Assembly (NCBI GenBank): GCA_026393905.1
Contig: JAPKZH010000643.1
Coordinates: forward strand, 1-38,922
Length of the DNA stretch: 38,922 nucleotides
Direction of reading: 5' to 3'
Source of the DNA: Candidatus Aminicenantes bacterium
GTDB taxonomy: Bacteria > Acidobacteriota > Aminicenantia > Aminicenantales > UBA4085
Under the pieces are notes generated by a model. That model was not told where the DNA came from, ran no database searches, and saw only the letters and a program-made list of their open reading frames with translations. Numbering within the stretch: the stretch's first letter is position 1; each line of letters opens with the position of its first letter. Shown here in pieces: positions 27,217-36,241 of this stretch. The translations under genes were made by a program, and so were the position numbers.

Positions 27217-29007
27217 TCATTTTCTCAGAAGACCTTCCAGGCGGGCCTTGATCCGCAGGGCCGGCTCCCATCCCGGAGCCAATTCCAGGACTTTCCGGTT
27301 GAGGGACAAAGCCTCTATCAGGTCCCCTTTTTTGGCGGACAAAATGGATTGGCTGTGGAGAGCCTCGACGCTTTTTGGATTGATGGCCAGCGCCCGTTCC
27401 AAGGCCGCTTCGGCCTCGGGGATTTTTCCGAGTGTAATATAGACGTTGGCCATGTTGATTTGAGCGCCTTCGAGCCTGGGTTCGAGGGCCGCCGCCTTTT
27501 CATACCATTGGAGGGCCTGCTGCCAACGGCCTTGATTGGCTTCAATGATACCCAGATTGAGACAGGAAAGAAAATCCTTCGGATTATCATTCAAGGCTTC
27601 GCGGTAATGGCGGGCCGCCTCCTGGATATCTCCCTTCTGGTCATAGATGACGCCCAGGTTATAGTGGACCAGGTCCATCCGGGGCTTGAATGAAGCGGCC
27701 ATGGGTGCGGCAAAAGCGACCGCTATTCCGGCAGCGAGGAGAGCGGCCACAGGTTTTTTCCGCTGCTTGAGCGCGTCGAAAAAACGGATAAAGGGCTGAG
27801 AAGCAAGAAGGAGCAGGCAGGGCACCGCCGGAAGTCTGTAACGAGAAAAAAGGAAGAAGGCGATCGTGGAGACCAGCCACGCCGCCAGAAAAATGAGCAC
27901 GGGCGAGAAGCCGCCAACCCGTTTTCCAAGAAGGACAAGGCCGAGGGCGGCCAAAATGCTCAACGTGCCGAATCCGATCGCCAAGTATCTAAAGACCCAG
28001 GATTTTTGTCGGACATAATAATAGTCCACCGTATCCGGCCATTCATACCAGCTCCAGAACATGATCAGTTTTTTAAACTGGAGCTTCGCGTAGTCCCAAG
28101 GTTTCTGCCGGATCCAGGACAGCGATTTCTTGAGCCAGAAGCGCGAAACCTGGGCTGGCGTGAGCGTGCGCCCGGTTTCTTGTTCAGCCAGACGGACCGG
28201 TTCCGTGCGCTCATAATAAGGAATCTCTTTTCCCGGGACGATGGATTGGTATGTGCCGGTGGCGCGAGCATTGTTGCCGATGTAAAAGTTGACTCCGCCT
28301 TGAAATGTGGTCGGAAGGAAGCTCCCGCCGACGACTCCGTTCCTCAAGGCAACGGGCGCCAAGACAAGGAATACGCCGAGGATAAAAGCGCCGGCGCTCT
28401 TGATAAAGAGGCCGGCCCGGGACTTTGAACGAAAAGCCAGGATGAGCAGGAAAGGCGCGACGAGCAGCGCGTTTTCCCTGAGCAGGCTGAGAAGTCCGCA
28501 TAGAACACCGGAGAGGAGCCACAACCGGAATTGTTGATTTCGACGCGCCTCGGCAAGAACCCACAACAGGAAGCAGACGATCGTGACCGCCAGTGATTCT
28601 TTTTGGATCTGGACATCATAGAAGAGAAATCCGCCGTAGAATGTGGCAAGAGCGGCGGCCCACAAGCCCGTTTTTTCGTCGGAAAGGGTCTTTCCCGCCC
28701 TGTAGAGGGCATAAATGCCGGCGACAGCACCGGCGATCTGAAAAAGATAGACGATGTCAAGGACATGCCCGAAAACCTTATAGAGGACGGCCAAGATGTA
28801 GGGATAGAGCGGCGCCTGGAAAAAAACTCCCGTCCCCGCCCAATTCCCGGCCGCGATTTCCCGAGCCCACCGGTCGTATTCCTGGCTGTCCATGGCCAGT
28901 TGGGCGAAAAAGGGCTCATTTCTAAGGGCCAGCCAATGGAGGATCCGCAGGAGAAGGGCCGCGGACAGAATCGCGAAGAGCAGGTACGGCGGCTTCTTCT
29001 GTTTCAT
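27217..29007 (-). CDS. GT-C fold glycosyltransferase (GT39/PMT_2/ArnT-like) with C-terminal TPR repeats
   Basis: Multi-TM N-terminal domain with MDSQEY and QAPLYPY; C-terminal TPRs (HYNLG, CLNLG, QINMA). ATG 29007 overlaps the rhaA stop (ATGA). Confidence 0.85.
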   Translation of the reverse strand: MKQKKPPYLLFAILSAALLLRILHWLALRNEPFFAQLAMDSQEYDRWAREIAAGNWAGTGVFFQAPLYPYILAVLYKVFGHVLDIVYLFQIAGAVAGIYALYRAGKTLSDEKTGLWAAALATFYGGFLFYDVQIQKESLAVTIVCFLLWVLAEARRNQQFRLWLLSGVLCGLLSLLRENALLVAPFLLILAFRSKSRAGLFIKSAGAFILGVFLVLAPVALRNGVVGGSFLPTTFQGGVNFYIGNNARATGTYQSIVPGKEIPYYERTEPVRLAEQETGRTLTPAQVSRFWLKKSLSWIRQKPWDYAKLQFKKLIMFWSWYEWPDTVDYYYVRQKSWVFRYLAIGFGTLSILAALGLVLLGKRVGGFSPVLIFLAAWLVSTIAFFLFSRYRLPAVPCLLLLASQPFIRFFDALKQRKKPVAALLAAGIAVAFAAPMAASFKPRMDLVHYNLGVIYDQKGDIQEAARHYREALNDNPKDFLSCLNLGIIEANQGRWQQALQWYEKAAALEPRLEGAQINMANVYITLGKIPEAEAALERALAINPKSVEALHSQSILSAKKGDLIEALSLNRKVLELAPGWEPALRIKARLEGLLRK

Positions 29008-30269
29008 CTTTTGTCCAGGACTTCTTTTTCGTACTTTTGAATATCCGTGATCCAATCTGTTCCTTGGGGAACGCTCGTTTGAAGGCAGTGATAATCCCAC
29101 ACCGCGCCGTAGGGCATAGCCTTGGCTTCTTCCCGAAGGGCGAGGCGTTCAAAGTTGTTCCCGGCTTGTTCGGCGGCCCTGAGCCGTCCCTCCGGTTGAA
29201 GCAGGGCCACCAGGAACGCTTTCAGCGCGGCGCGCGCCCCGGCCACCCAGGCGCCGACCCGGTTCAGGCTGGCGTCGAAGTAATCCAGGGCGATATGGAC
29301 TTTGTCCAGCGCCTGGCAACGGATGATTTCCTCGGCTAAAGCCTGGATCTCGTCATTGAGGATGACGACGTGGTCGCTGTCCCAGCGGATGCCGCGGCTG
29401 AGATGGAAAACGATCCCCGGCGAAAATAGGAGAATGGCCGAGATCTTGTCGGCGACGGATTCTGTGGGATGGAAGTGGCCAAGGTCGAGGCAGACCATTT
29501 TTCTCTTGCTGAGGGCATAGGCCAGGTAAAATTCGTGAGAGCCCGTCACGAAAGATTCGGAGCCGATGCCGAAGAGCTTGCTTTCCAGCGAATCCTTCAT
29601 CTGCTGGGGGCTGTACTCGGCCTCGTAGATCTCGTCCAGGGATTCCTTGAGCAGCCGACGGTATTTCCAGCGGTCGGTGGGCGCTTCTTTGGACCCGTCG
29701 GGGATCCAAAGGTTGTGAAGGCAGGGACTCTTGAGTTCGCGGCCCATGAAAACGCTGATCTTGCGGCAGCGTTTCACGTGTTCGATCCAGAATTTGCGGA
29801 CGGCTTTCTCCGGGCTGCTGAGGGTAAAGCCGGAGGCCGCTTTGGGGTGGGAGAAGCATGTCGCGTTGAAATCCAGCTTCAGCTCTTCCCGATTGGCCCA
29901 GTCGACCCAGCCCTTGAAATGCTCGGCGCTGATTTCGTCCCGGTCCACGGGCTTCCCGCCGAACTCGCCGTAGATGGCGTGGAGGTTCAGCCGGTGCGAT
30001 CCCGGGATCAGGGCAAAGGCCTGATGGAGGTCCAGCCGCAGCTCTTCCACGGTTCGCGCTTTTCCGGGATAGTTCCCTGTCACCTGAAGCCCGGCCCCGG
30101 AAAGGACGGCATCAGGTTTTTCAAAACCGCCGACATCATCCCCCTGCCAGCAGTGGAGCGAAATGGCGATTTTTTTCAGCTGGCTCAGGGCGTGTTCCGT
30201 GTCCACGCCGAATTCCGCGTAGAGCTCCTGGGCCAGCCGGTAGGCTTTTTCAATCTTGCCGGGATTCAT
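29004..30269 (-). CDS. rhaA: L-rhamnose isomerase
   Basis: SLHCWQGDDVGGFE, TGNYPGKAR, NLHAIY, WIPDG, ESKLFGIGSES, GHFHPTE and RWDSDHV. Confidence 0.96.
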   Translation of the reverse strand: MNPGKIEKAYRLAQELYAEFGVDTEHALSQLKKIAISLHCWQGDDVGGFEKPDAVLSGAGLQVTGNYPGKARTVEELRLDLHQAFALIPGSHRLNLHAIYGEFGGKPVDRDEISAEHFKGWVDWANREELKLDFNATCFSHPKAASGFTLSSPEKAVRKFWIEHVKRCRKISVFMGRELKSPCLHNLWIPDGSKEAPTDRWKYRRLLKESLDEIYEAEYSPQQMKDSLESKLFGIGSESFVTGSHEFYLAYALSKRKMVCLDLGHFHPTESVADKISAILLFSPGIVFHLSRGIRWDSDHVVILNDEIQALAEEIIRCQALDKVHIALDYFDASLNRVGAWVAGARAALKAFLVALLQPEGRLRAAEQAGNNFERLALREEAKAMPYGAVWDYHCLQTSVPQGTDWITDIQKYEKEVLDKR

Positions 30270-30284
30270 GCCGTCCTCCGTCTG

Positions 30285-31760
30285 TTATTTATCAACAATG
30301 GTCTTGAAGCGGTCATAGGCCGCTTGCCAAGCGGTTGTCTCTCGCGGCTCGTATGTCTGAAGCTCAGAGGAATGGGCGATGATCGCCCGGATCTCCTCAA
30401 GCGACCGGACATAGCCGAGCGCCAGGGCCTGTCCCATGATGTTGCCGATGGCCGTCGCTTCAACCGGGCCGGTGATGACCGGAAGCGATGTCGCGTCGGC
30501 CGTGAATTGGCAGAGGGTGATGTGTTGGCTTCCGCCGCCGATGATGTGGATCTTCTCGATCGGGTGAGGGGAGACCTGCCTCAGTTCCTCAAGGACCATT
30601 CGGTATTTCAGGGTCAGGCTTTCGATGGCGCAGCGGAGGATCTCTCCAGGAGTTGAAGGAACGGGCTGGCCGGTTTTCCGGCAGAAATTTTGGATGGCTG
30701 CGGGCATATCGGGAGGGTTGAGAAAATCCGGAGCGTCCGGGTCGATCATGGCTTTGAACGGCGTCGCTGATGCCGCCATGGTCCGCATCTCTTCATAGCT
30801 CAGCGGGCGATCCGAGCTCCATTTTTTCCGGCACTGCTGGACGAGCCAGAGGCCCGTGACGTTTTTCAGAAATCGGGTTGTACCCGCCATTCCGCCTTCG
30901 TTTGTGAAATTGAGCTGGAGCGTCCGAGGCGTGATGAGCGGCTGCGGCGATTCGATCCCCATCAGGGACCAGGTCCCGGAGCTGATGTAAGCCCAATTCT
31001 TGCCGAGAGCGGGGACGGCGGCGACGGCTGAGCCCGTGTCGTGGCCGGCCGTGGCGACCGCGGGGACGTCACCGAGGCCCGTCTCCTGGGACACGGCGGG
31101 CAGGATTGATGCGACGACCGTGCCGGGACGGAGAGGGCTTTGCATGATGGATCTGGAGATGCCGAGGGCCGAGAAAAGCTCTTCATTCCAACTTCCTTGG
31201 CGCGGATTATAAAGCTGGGAGGTCGAAGCGATGGTCGCTTCGGTCGTTTTCACTCCGGTCAGAAGATATGTGAATAGGTCCGGCATGAAAAGCAGGTCGG
31301 TTGCGGACTTGAGAAAAGGGGAATTGTCGATAACGAGGGCGTACAGTTGAAACAGCGAGTTGAACGGCATGAACTGGATGCCGGTGAGCTCGTAGATTCT
31401 TTCTTTCGGGAATATCGCGAGGAATTTTTTCATGGCCTGGACGTTTCTCGGGTCGCGGTAGGCATAAGGCAGACCGAGAATGCTCCCGTCGCCGGCGAGC
31501 AGTCCGAAATCGACCCCCCAAGTGTCCACGGCCAGGCTTTCGAGCCGGGCGGTGATCTCCGAGGCGCAGATTTTCATGCCTTTCTTGATGTCCTCGAAGA
31601 GGTTGAAGATATTCCAGTGCAGGTGTCCGAAGAGCGAGAGGGGGGCGTTCGGAAATCGGTGGAGCTCCCGGATGCTGATGATCTCGTTTTCAAGGGTGCC
31701 GAGGACCGCCCGGCCGCTTTCCGCGCCCAGGTCAAAGGCCAGAAAATACTGCCGACTCAT
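30285..31760 (-). CDS. rhaB: Rhamnulokinase
   Basis: DLGAESGR, DTWGVDF, YRDPR, GHDTGSA, SSGTWSL and NEGG motifs; adjacent to rhaA; start MSRQ behind AAGGAG. Confidence 0.92.
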   Translation of the reverse strand: MSRQYFLAFDLGAESGRAVLGTLENEIISIRELHRFPNAPLSLFGHLHWNIFNLFEDIKKGMKICASEITARLESLAVDTWGVDFGLLAGDGSILGLPYAYRDPRNVQAMKKFLAIFPKERIYELTGIQFMPFNSLFQLYALVIDNSPFLKSATDLLFMPDLFTYLLTGVKTTEATIASTSQLYNPRQGSWNEELFSALGISRSIMQSPLRPGTVVASILPAVSQETGLGDVPAVATAGHDTGSAVAAVPALGKNWAYISSGTWSLMGIESPQPLITPRTLQLNFTNEGGMAGTTRFLKNVTGLWLVQQCRKKWSSDRPLSYEEMRTMAASATPFKAMIDPDAPDFLNPPDMPAAIQNFCRKTGQPVPSTPGEILRCAIESLTLKYRMVLEELRQVSPHPIEKIHIIGGGSQHITLCQFTADATSLPVITGPVEATAIGNIMGQALALGYVRSLEEIRAIIAHSSELQTYEPRETTAWQAAYDRFKTIVDK

Positions 31761-31785
31761 TCCGTCTCCTTTAATACCACGATTC

Positions 31786-31883
31786 GGGGTCAAACCTCAA
31801 CATTCAACAAAAGGACCGGGGTCAAACCTACTCGTTACGCATGTTCCCCTGGAGTATTGTGCGTAACGAGTAGGTTTGACCCC
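31786..31883. repeat. GGGGTCAAA-terminated inverted-repeat element, copy 2, plus an extra end
   Basis: Perfect 24-bp IR GGGGTCAAACCTACTCGTTACGCA (31818-31841) / TGCGTAACGAGTAGGTTTGACCCC (31860-31883); extra GGGGTCAAACCT at 31786-31797. Confidence 0.85.
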
Positions 31884-31950
31884 ATAAACTTATCCTCTTT
31901 TCCTCGGCGTCTATTTTTTGTATGATTATGCCGCGATTAGGAGTCCATCC

Positions 31951-32370
31951 ATGAAAATCATCAGCGATTCCGTAAGCTTCTCGACCGAGGGCTTTAATGA
32001 CATAAAAGACTTGACGGGCCTCGTGGAAAAGCGACTCATGGCCAATCGGCTCAAAGACGGCATCGTCAATATCTTCGTTCCCGGCTCCACGGGCGGTGTG
32101 ACGACCATAGAATACGAGCCCGGCCTGGTCGAGGATTTTTCCCGGTTGATGGAGAAGCTTGCGCCGAGCAACATCCCCTACAATCATGATAAGCGGTGGG
32201 GCGACGGAAACGGATTCTCCCACGTTCGGGCCGCCCTGATCGGGCCGTCCATGAACGTCCCTTTTTCGGACGGAAGGCTCAGCCTGGGCACATGGCAGCA
32301 GATCGTCTTCGTGGATTTTGACAACAGGGCGAGGACCCGGACGGTCCTGCTTCAGTTTATGGGAGTGTAA
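31951..32370 (+). CDS. yjbQ: UPF0047/YjbQ family protein (secondary thiamine-phosphate synthase)
   Basis: GNGFSHVRAALIGPS and LGTWQQIVFVDFD motifs; SD AGGAG before ATG 31951. Confidence 0.9.
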   Translation: MKIISDSVSFSTEGFNDIKDLTGLVEKRLMANRLKDGIVNIFVPGSTGGVTTIEYEPGLVEDFSRLMEKLAPSNIPYNHDKRWGDGNGFSHVRAALIGPSMNVPFSDGRLSLGTWQQIVFVDFDNRARTRTVLLQFMGV

Positions 32371-32377
32371 GCAGCCA

Positions 32378-33721
32378 TTGGGCACGAATATCGACGATAA
32401 ACTCAAGCGCCTGAAAAAAGAGCGGGCGCTGCGCTCGCGGGTTTCGAAGACCCGGCCTGGCGCGATCGAAGACACCTGGGAGAAGATCAATCGGGCGGAA
32501 GCACTATCGGTCAAAGAAAAGCTTCAAAAACTCATCGACCTGACCGGGGCCCAGAAAGAGAAGAAGCCCGCCAAAGCGGCGTTCGAGCCGGTCCCGCGCG
32601 AGCCGCTGCTGTTCTATGAAAATCCCTATCCTCTTCAGACGAAATACGGAAAAAATATCCTGGCCGAGGGCCTGAAGATCAAGGGCGATGTCCTTTATTT
32701 TTTAGGGCGGGACAGCGCCTTCGAAGCCCTCGATCTATCGACGGCGCTTTTTGTGGACCTCGAAACGACGGGCTTGTCCGGCGGCACGGGGACGGTGCCG
32801 TTCCTCGTCGGCATGGGCTATTACCGGGACAATCGATTCAACGTCGCCCAATATTTCCTGGGCGAGCTCGGCGAGGAAGAGCGGATGATCAAGGAGATCG
32901 GCCGTTTTTTTTCCGAGATGAATTTCCAATCCGTCGTGACGTATAACGGGAAGGCTTTCGATATGCCTCTGCTCGAAACGCGGTTTATAATGTACAGGCG
33001 GCCTTTCCCGATGTCCGACCTCCCGCATCTGGATTTGCTCTTCTCCGCACGAAGCCTCTGGAAGCACAAGCACGAAAGCTGCCGTCTTTTTCATCTGGCC
33101 CAGCAGATCGTCGAGGCGGAGCGCGCCGAGGACATCCCTTCCGCAGAAATACCCTCCAGGTATTTTGAGTTTTTGAGGACGGGGAATTTTTCCCTGATGG
33201 AGCCCGTCCTCTACCACAATCAGGAGGACATCCTTTCGCTCCTGGGCCTGCTCATCGCTGCGTCCAAGCTCTTCTTGGAGGGACGCGAACCGCCGGATAG
33301 CGAAGATTTCGATGCCATGGATCTGATCGGCGTGGGTAAGGTCTTCGAGAGCGCTGGCCACGTCGAGAAGTCCATGGAGCTATTCCAGCGCGCCCTAGAA
33401 GGTGATCTGCCCCAAGAGCTGGCCCTCAACATCAAACGCAAGCTTTCCTACCATTTCAAGAAAAACGAGGACTGGGAAAAGGCCATCTCGCTCTGGCAGG
33501 ACCTATCCCGGGAGGACCAGTTGTTTTGTTATAAAGAGCTGGCCATGTATTTTGAGCATAAGACCGGGAAATTGGAAGATGCCAAACGAATGGCCGAGGA
33601 AGGCCTGACCATATCCATGAATGTTTCGCTGAACTTCCAGAGGGATTTTGAACACAGGCTGGAGAGGCTTAACGATAAAATCCGAAGGCTGCAGGCGAAG
33701 GCCAAGAAAGGCCGGCCGTGA
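32378..33721 (+). CDS. YprB/MrfB-like DEDD exonuclease (RNase H-like domain) with C-terminal TPR-like helices
   Basis: FVDLETTGL, TYNGKAFD and YHNQED motifs. Probable TTG start at 32378, just after the yjbQ stop. Confidence 0.85.
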   Translation: MGTNIDDKLKRLKKERALRSRVSKTRPGAIEDTWEKINRAEALSVKEKLQKLIDLTGAQKEKKPAKAAFEPVPREPLLFYENPYPLQTKYGKNILAEGLKIKGDVLYFLGRDSAFEALDLSTALFVDLETTGLSGGTGTVPFLVGMGYYRDNRFNVAQYFLGELGEEERMIKEIGRFFSEMNFQSVVTYNGKAFDMPLLETRFIMYRRPFPMSDLPHLDLLFSARSLWKHKHESCRLFHLAQQIVEAERAEDIPSAEIPSRYFEFLRTGNFSLMEPVLYHNQEDILSLLGLLIAASKLFLEGREPPDSEDFDAMDLIGVGKVFESAGHVEKSMELFQRALEGDLPQELALNIKRKLSYHFKKNEDWEKAISLWQDLSREDQLFCYKELAMYFEHKTGKLEDAKRMAEEGLTISMNVSLNFQRDFEHRLERLNDKIRRLQAKAKKGRP

Positions 33722-33763
33722 AGAATAAGCAGTAATACGGTCGTCGAAGGCCATCATTTTTTT

Positions 33764-33795
33764 GTCATTGCGCGCGCGGCGAGCCTGGCAATCTC
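33764..33795 (+). repeat. GTCAT-type palindromic repeat, copy C
   Basis: GTCATTGCGCGCGCGGCGAGCCTGGCAATCTC. Confidence 0.65.
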
Positions 33796-33811
33796 GTGGG
33801 AGAACGAGCCA

Positions 33812-34810
33812 ATGAAAGCGATGATCTTAAGGCAATTCGGGCCGATTGAAAAAAATCCTTTGGAGCTCGCCGAGATGCCGGCGCCTCAGCCCGGCGCTGA
33901 GGACATTCTTATCAAAGTCAATGTCTGCGGGGTTTGCCATACAGACCTTCATACGGTTGAAGGAGAACTCCCTGAAGCTGTGCTGCCCGTCATTCCCGGG
34001 CACCAGGTCGTGGGAATTGTGGAGGGGGCGGGGCAGGGGACTGGCCGCTTTAAAAAAGGGGATCGTATCGGCGCGGCATGGCTGCATTACGCCTGTGGCA
34101 AATGCGCCTTCTGCTTAAGCGGGCGGGAGAATTTGTGCGAAAACGGCCGCTTCACCGGCTATCATGTCAACGGCGGGTACGCCGAATACATGACCATCCC
34201 TGAGAAATTCGCCTATGCCATTCCGGAAATCTTTACTGACGAGGAAGCTTCGCCGCTCCTGTGCGCTGGAATTATCGGCTACCGCGCCTTGAGGCTGAGC
34301 AATATCAGGCCGGGAGGATGCCTGGGATTATATGGATTCGGAGCGTCTGCGCATGTGGCGATCCAGGTCGCCGTGCATTGGGGATGCCGCGTTTATGTGT
34401 TTTCGAGGAGCAAGAAACATCAGGACCTCGCCCGAAAGCTGGGCGCGGCATGGACGGGAACGGCCCAAGAAGTCCCGCCGAAGAAAACGAACAGCGCGAT
34501 CATCTTCGCACCGGCCGGGCCGCTGGTTCTCGACGCGCTGTTGAATACGGAGAAGGGCGGAACGGTCGCCTTGGCCGGGATTTATATGACTCCGATCCCG
34601 GAAATGGATTACCAGAAATATCTCTATCACGAGCGTACGCTGCGAAGTGTTGCCAATGCCACCCGCCAGGACGGAGAAGAGCTGCTCAAGATCGCGGCCG
34701 AAATCCCGATCCGGACCACAACCCGAATTTTTCCTTTGGCTGAAGCGAACAAGGTATTGTGCCTTCTCAAGGAAGGCCAGATCAGCGGCTCCGCCGTCTT
34801 GAAAATATAG
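33812..34810 (+). CDS. Zinc-dependent alcohol dehydrogenase (MDR family)
   Basis: CGVCHTD, PGHQ, structural-Zn C-x2-C-x2-C-x7-C, LLCAG and GFGASA. Confidence 0.93.
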   Translation: MKAMILRQFGPIEKNPLELAEMPAPQPGAEDILIKVNVCGVCHTDLHTVEGELPEAVLPVIPGHQVVGIVEGAGQGTGRFKKGDRIGAAWLHYACGKCAFCLSGRENLCENGRFTGYHVNGGYAEYMTIPEKFAYAIPEIFTDEEASPLLCAGIIGYRALRLSNIRPGGCLGLYGFGASAHVAIQVAVHWGCRVYVFSRSKKHQDLARKLGAAWTGTAQEVPPKKTNSAIIFAPAGPLVLDALLNTEKGGTVALAGIYMTPIPEMDYQKYLYHERTLRSVANATRQDGEELLKIAAEIPIRTTTRIFPLAEANKVLCLLKEGQISGSAVLKI

Positions 34811-34843
34811 TGTCAGCGCCTATTGCAGTCTTGAAAAAATAAG

Positions 34844-34937
34844 GTCATCGCGAGGCGCTTTGCGCCGTGCCGTGCAGATTGGTGTCAAAGCTATACATGG
34901 CATGTCATCGCGAGGCGCTCTGCGCCGTGGCGATCTC
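34844..34937 (+). repeat. Two tandem GTCAT-type repeats (D truncated, E complete) around a half copy of the GGGTCAAA element
   Basis: GTCATCGCGAGGCGCTTTGCGCCGTG (34844-34869); GGTGTCAAAGCTATACAT (34881-34898); GTCATCGCGAGGCGCTCTGCGCCGTGGCGATCTC (34904-34937). Confidence 0.75.
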
Positions 34938-35010
34938 ATCATTCTGCGATTTCTCAAAAAGGCTTAATAATTTCTCTGAAATCTGGCATAATAAGGCCCG
35001 ATCACCTGGC

Positions 35011-35084
35011 GCGCCAGTAGCTCAGTTGGATAGAGCGCCTGACTACGAATCAGAAGGTCGGAGGTTCGAGTCCTCTCTGGCGCG
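35011..35084 (+). tRNA. tRNA-Arg (anticodon ACG), CCA not encoded
   Basis: Acceptor GCGCCAG/CTGGCGC; D arm GCTC-AGTTGGATA-GAGC; anticodon loop CT-ACG-AA; T arm with GGTTCGAGTCC. There is one C-A mismatch at the first anticodon-stem pair. Confidence 0.95.
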
Positions 35085-35153
35085 CTTCCTTTTCCCCCCA
35101 TATAACCCTTTGGAATCAGCGCTTTATGAGAAAACTCTCCAAAATCGCCGCAT

Positions 35154-35250
35154 AGCCGAATAAAGCCAAAAAGAGCCAAAAAAAGCCCAAAAGACCCGGC
35201 AAAACGCTATGCACAATTTGAGCGAAACGATAGGAATTATAAAAGGACGG
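35154..35250. repeat. ~97-bp direct repeat, copy 1 (att-arm-like)
   Basis: Aligns without gaps to 35844-35940 (about 80% identity by hand count); identical 28-bp core GCACAATTTGAGCGAAACGATAGGAATT at 35211-35238. Confidence 0.9.
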
Positions 35251-35289
35251 GAGCCGAAAAATAGGCGGGGGGGGCTTAGGTCCTGGGAG

Positions 35290-35757
35290 TCATTTAATCT
35301 TTTCTGTGACCCTCTTATAAACTTCGGCCTCTAATGCACCCTTTGAGACGCAGGGGAATGTTTGCACGCCGCCACTATAGAAGACGGCCGTCTCGAAGAC
35401 GGAATTTATTTTCATCTCGCAGTTTTTCTCATCGGTTTTCTTGACGAAGACGTTGAATTTTCCCCGGCGTGTTTTTTGGTTGAAAGCCAATGCAGACAAG
35501 TCTCCACAATCCATATACGAATAGACCTTTGAACTATCAAACGAAATCCAATCCGTGACGATAAGTCCCGATGCTTTTTCGATGTTTATAATCGGAAGAC
35601 TCAATTCAGAAAAGACCTCGATGACGGCCGTCCATACCGCGTCAAAAGGCTTCTCGATTTGAAAACTATTTTGAATTTGACGCGGTTTCGGTGGCGTCGG
35701 CATACATGAAGCTAGAATCAAACAAAGAAAAAAGATGATTAATTTTTTGCCTTTCAT
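35290..35757 (-). CDS. Lipoprotein, BamC/NlpB-like helix-grip fold
   Basis: LASC lipobox; PFDAVWTAVIEVF...IEKASGLIVTDW pattern; SD GGAGGG. Confidence 0.8.
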   Translation of the reverse strand: MKGKKLIIFFLCLILASCMPTPPKPRQIQNSFQIEKPFDAVWTAVIEVFSELSLPIINIEKASGLIVTDWISFDSSKVYSYMDCGDLSALAFNQKTRRGKFNVFVKKTDEKNCEMKINSVFETAVFYSGGVQTFPCVSKGALEAEVYKRVTEKIK

Positions 35758-35843
35758 TTTCCCTCCCTCGAAGCTATTTTTTCATACCATAGGATTCATT
35801 GTCAATAGATTACAGATAGAGGCCGGGGGAGGCCCGGATCCGC

Positions 35844-35940
35844 AGCCGGATAAAGCCATAAAGAGTCAAAAACAGCCCTTCGGACGTGGCAAAAGACGTG
35901 GCACAATTTGAGCGAAACGATAGGAATTGTAAAGGGCGGG
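35844..35940. repeat. ~97-bp direct repeat, copy 2 (att-arm-like)
   Basis: Core at 35901-35928; contains tandem GACGTGGCA (35883-35891 and 35895-35903). Confidence 0.9.
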
Positions 35941-36047
35941 TGTATTCAAGATTGACTTCTAAGGCAAAAAAAGGCCGCTGGCGTTGACGCTAAGAATTTT
36001 TTATAATAAAAACAAAGTTTTTTGGGCTGTCGCCCGAAGGAGAAGGG

Positions 36048-36221
36048 ATGAAAAAGATTAAAATTATGGGGACTATTCTTGCCATAATTGTTTTAGGGCT
36101 AATGGCTTATAGTTCTACTTGGGTCGTAGTAGTAGCGCCGGAAAGGGGAATATATCGAGTTAATAAAATTACCGGAACGTGCCGCCTGGCTCATTCTCTT
36201 GCACCTTATTATGTGAAGTAA
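36048..36221 (+). CDS. Small (57 aa) single-TM or secreted protein
   Basis: Below the ORF-track cutoff; hand translation MKKIKIMGTILAIIVLGLMAYSSTWVVVVAPERGIYRVNKITGTCRLAHSLAPYYVK*; SD AAGGAG. Confidence 0.65.
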   Translation: MKKIKIMGTILAIIVLGLMAYSSTWVVVVAPERGIYRVNKITGTCRLAHSLAPYYVK

Positions 36222-36241
36222 ATTAACGTTAGGAGGTTAAA

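Noticed and set aside
35006-35017. CTGGCGCGCCAG palindrome, which duplicates the tRNA 3' end sequence just upstream of the tRNA
   Set aside because: Only 9 bp match, largely explained by the self-complementary GC acceptor stem; too short to call an att duplication.
35154-35940. Possible CRISPR array or integron attC cassettes
   Set aside because: Only two repeat copies, 690 bp apart; no cas or intI gene; no attC-type palindrome with RYYYAAC/GTTRRRY ends recognised.
35984-36007. TTGACG...TATAAT sigma70 promoter for the small ORFs
   Set aside because: The spacer is only 12 bp, too short for a canonical promoter.
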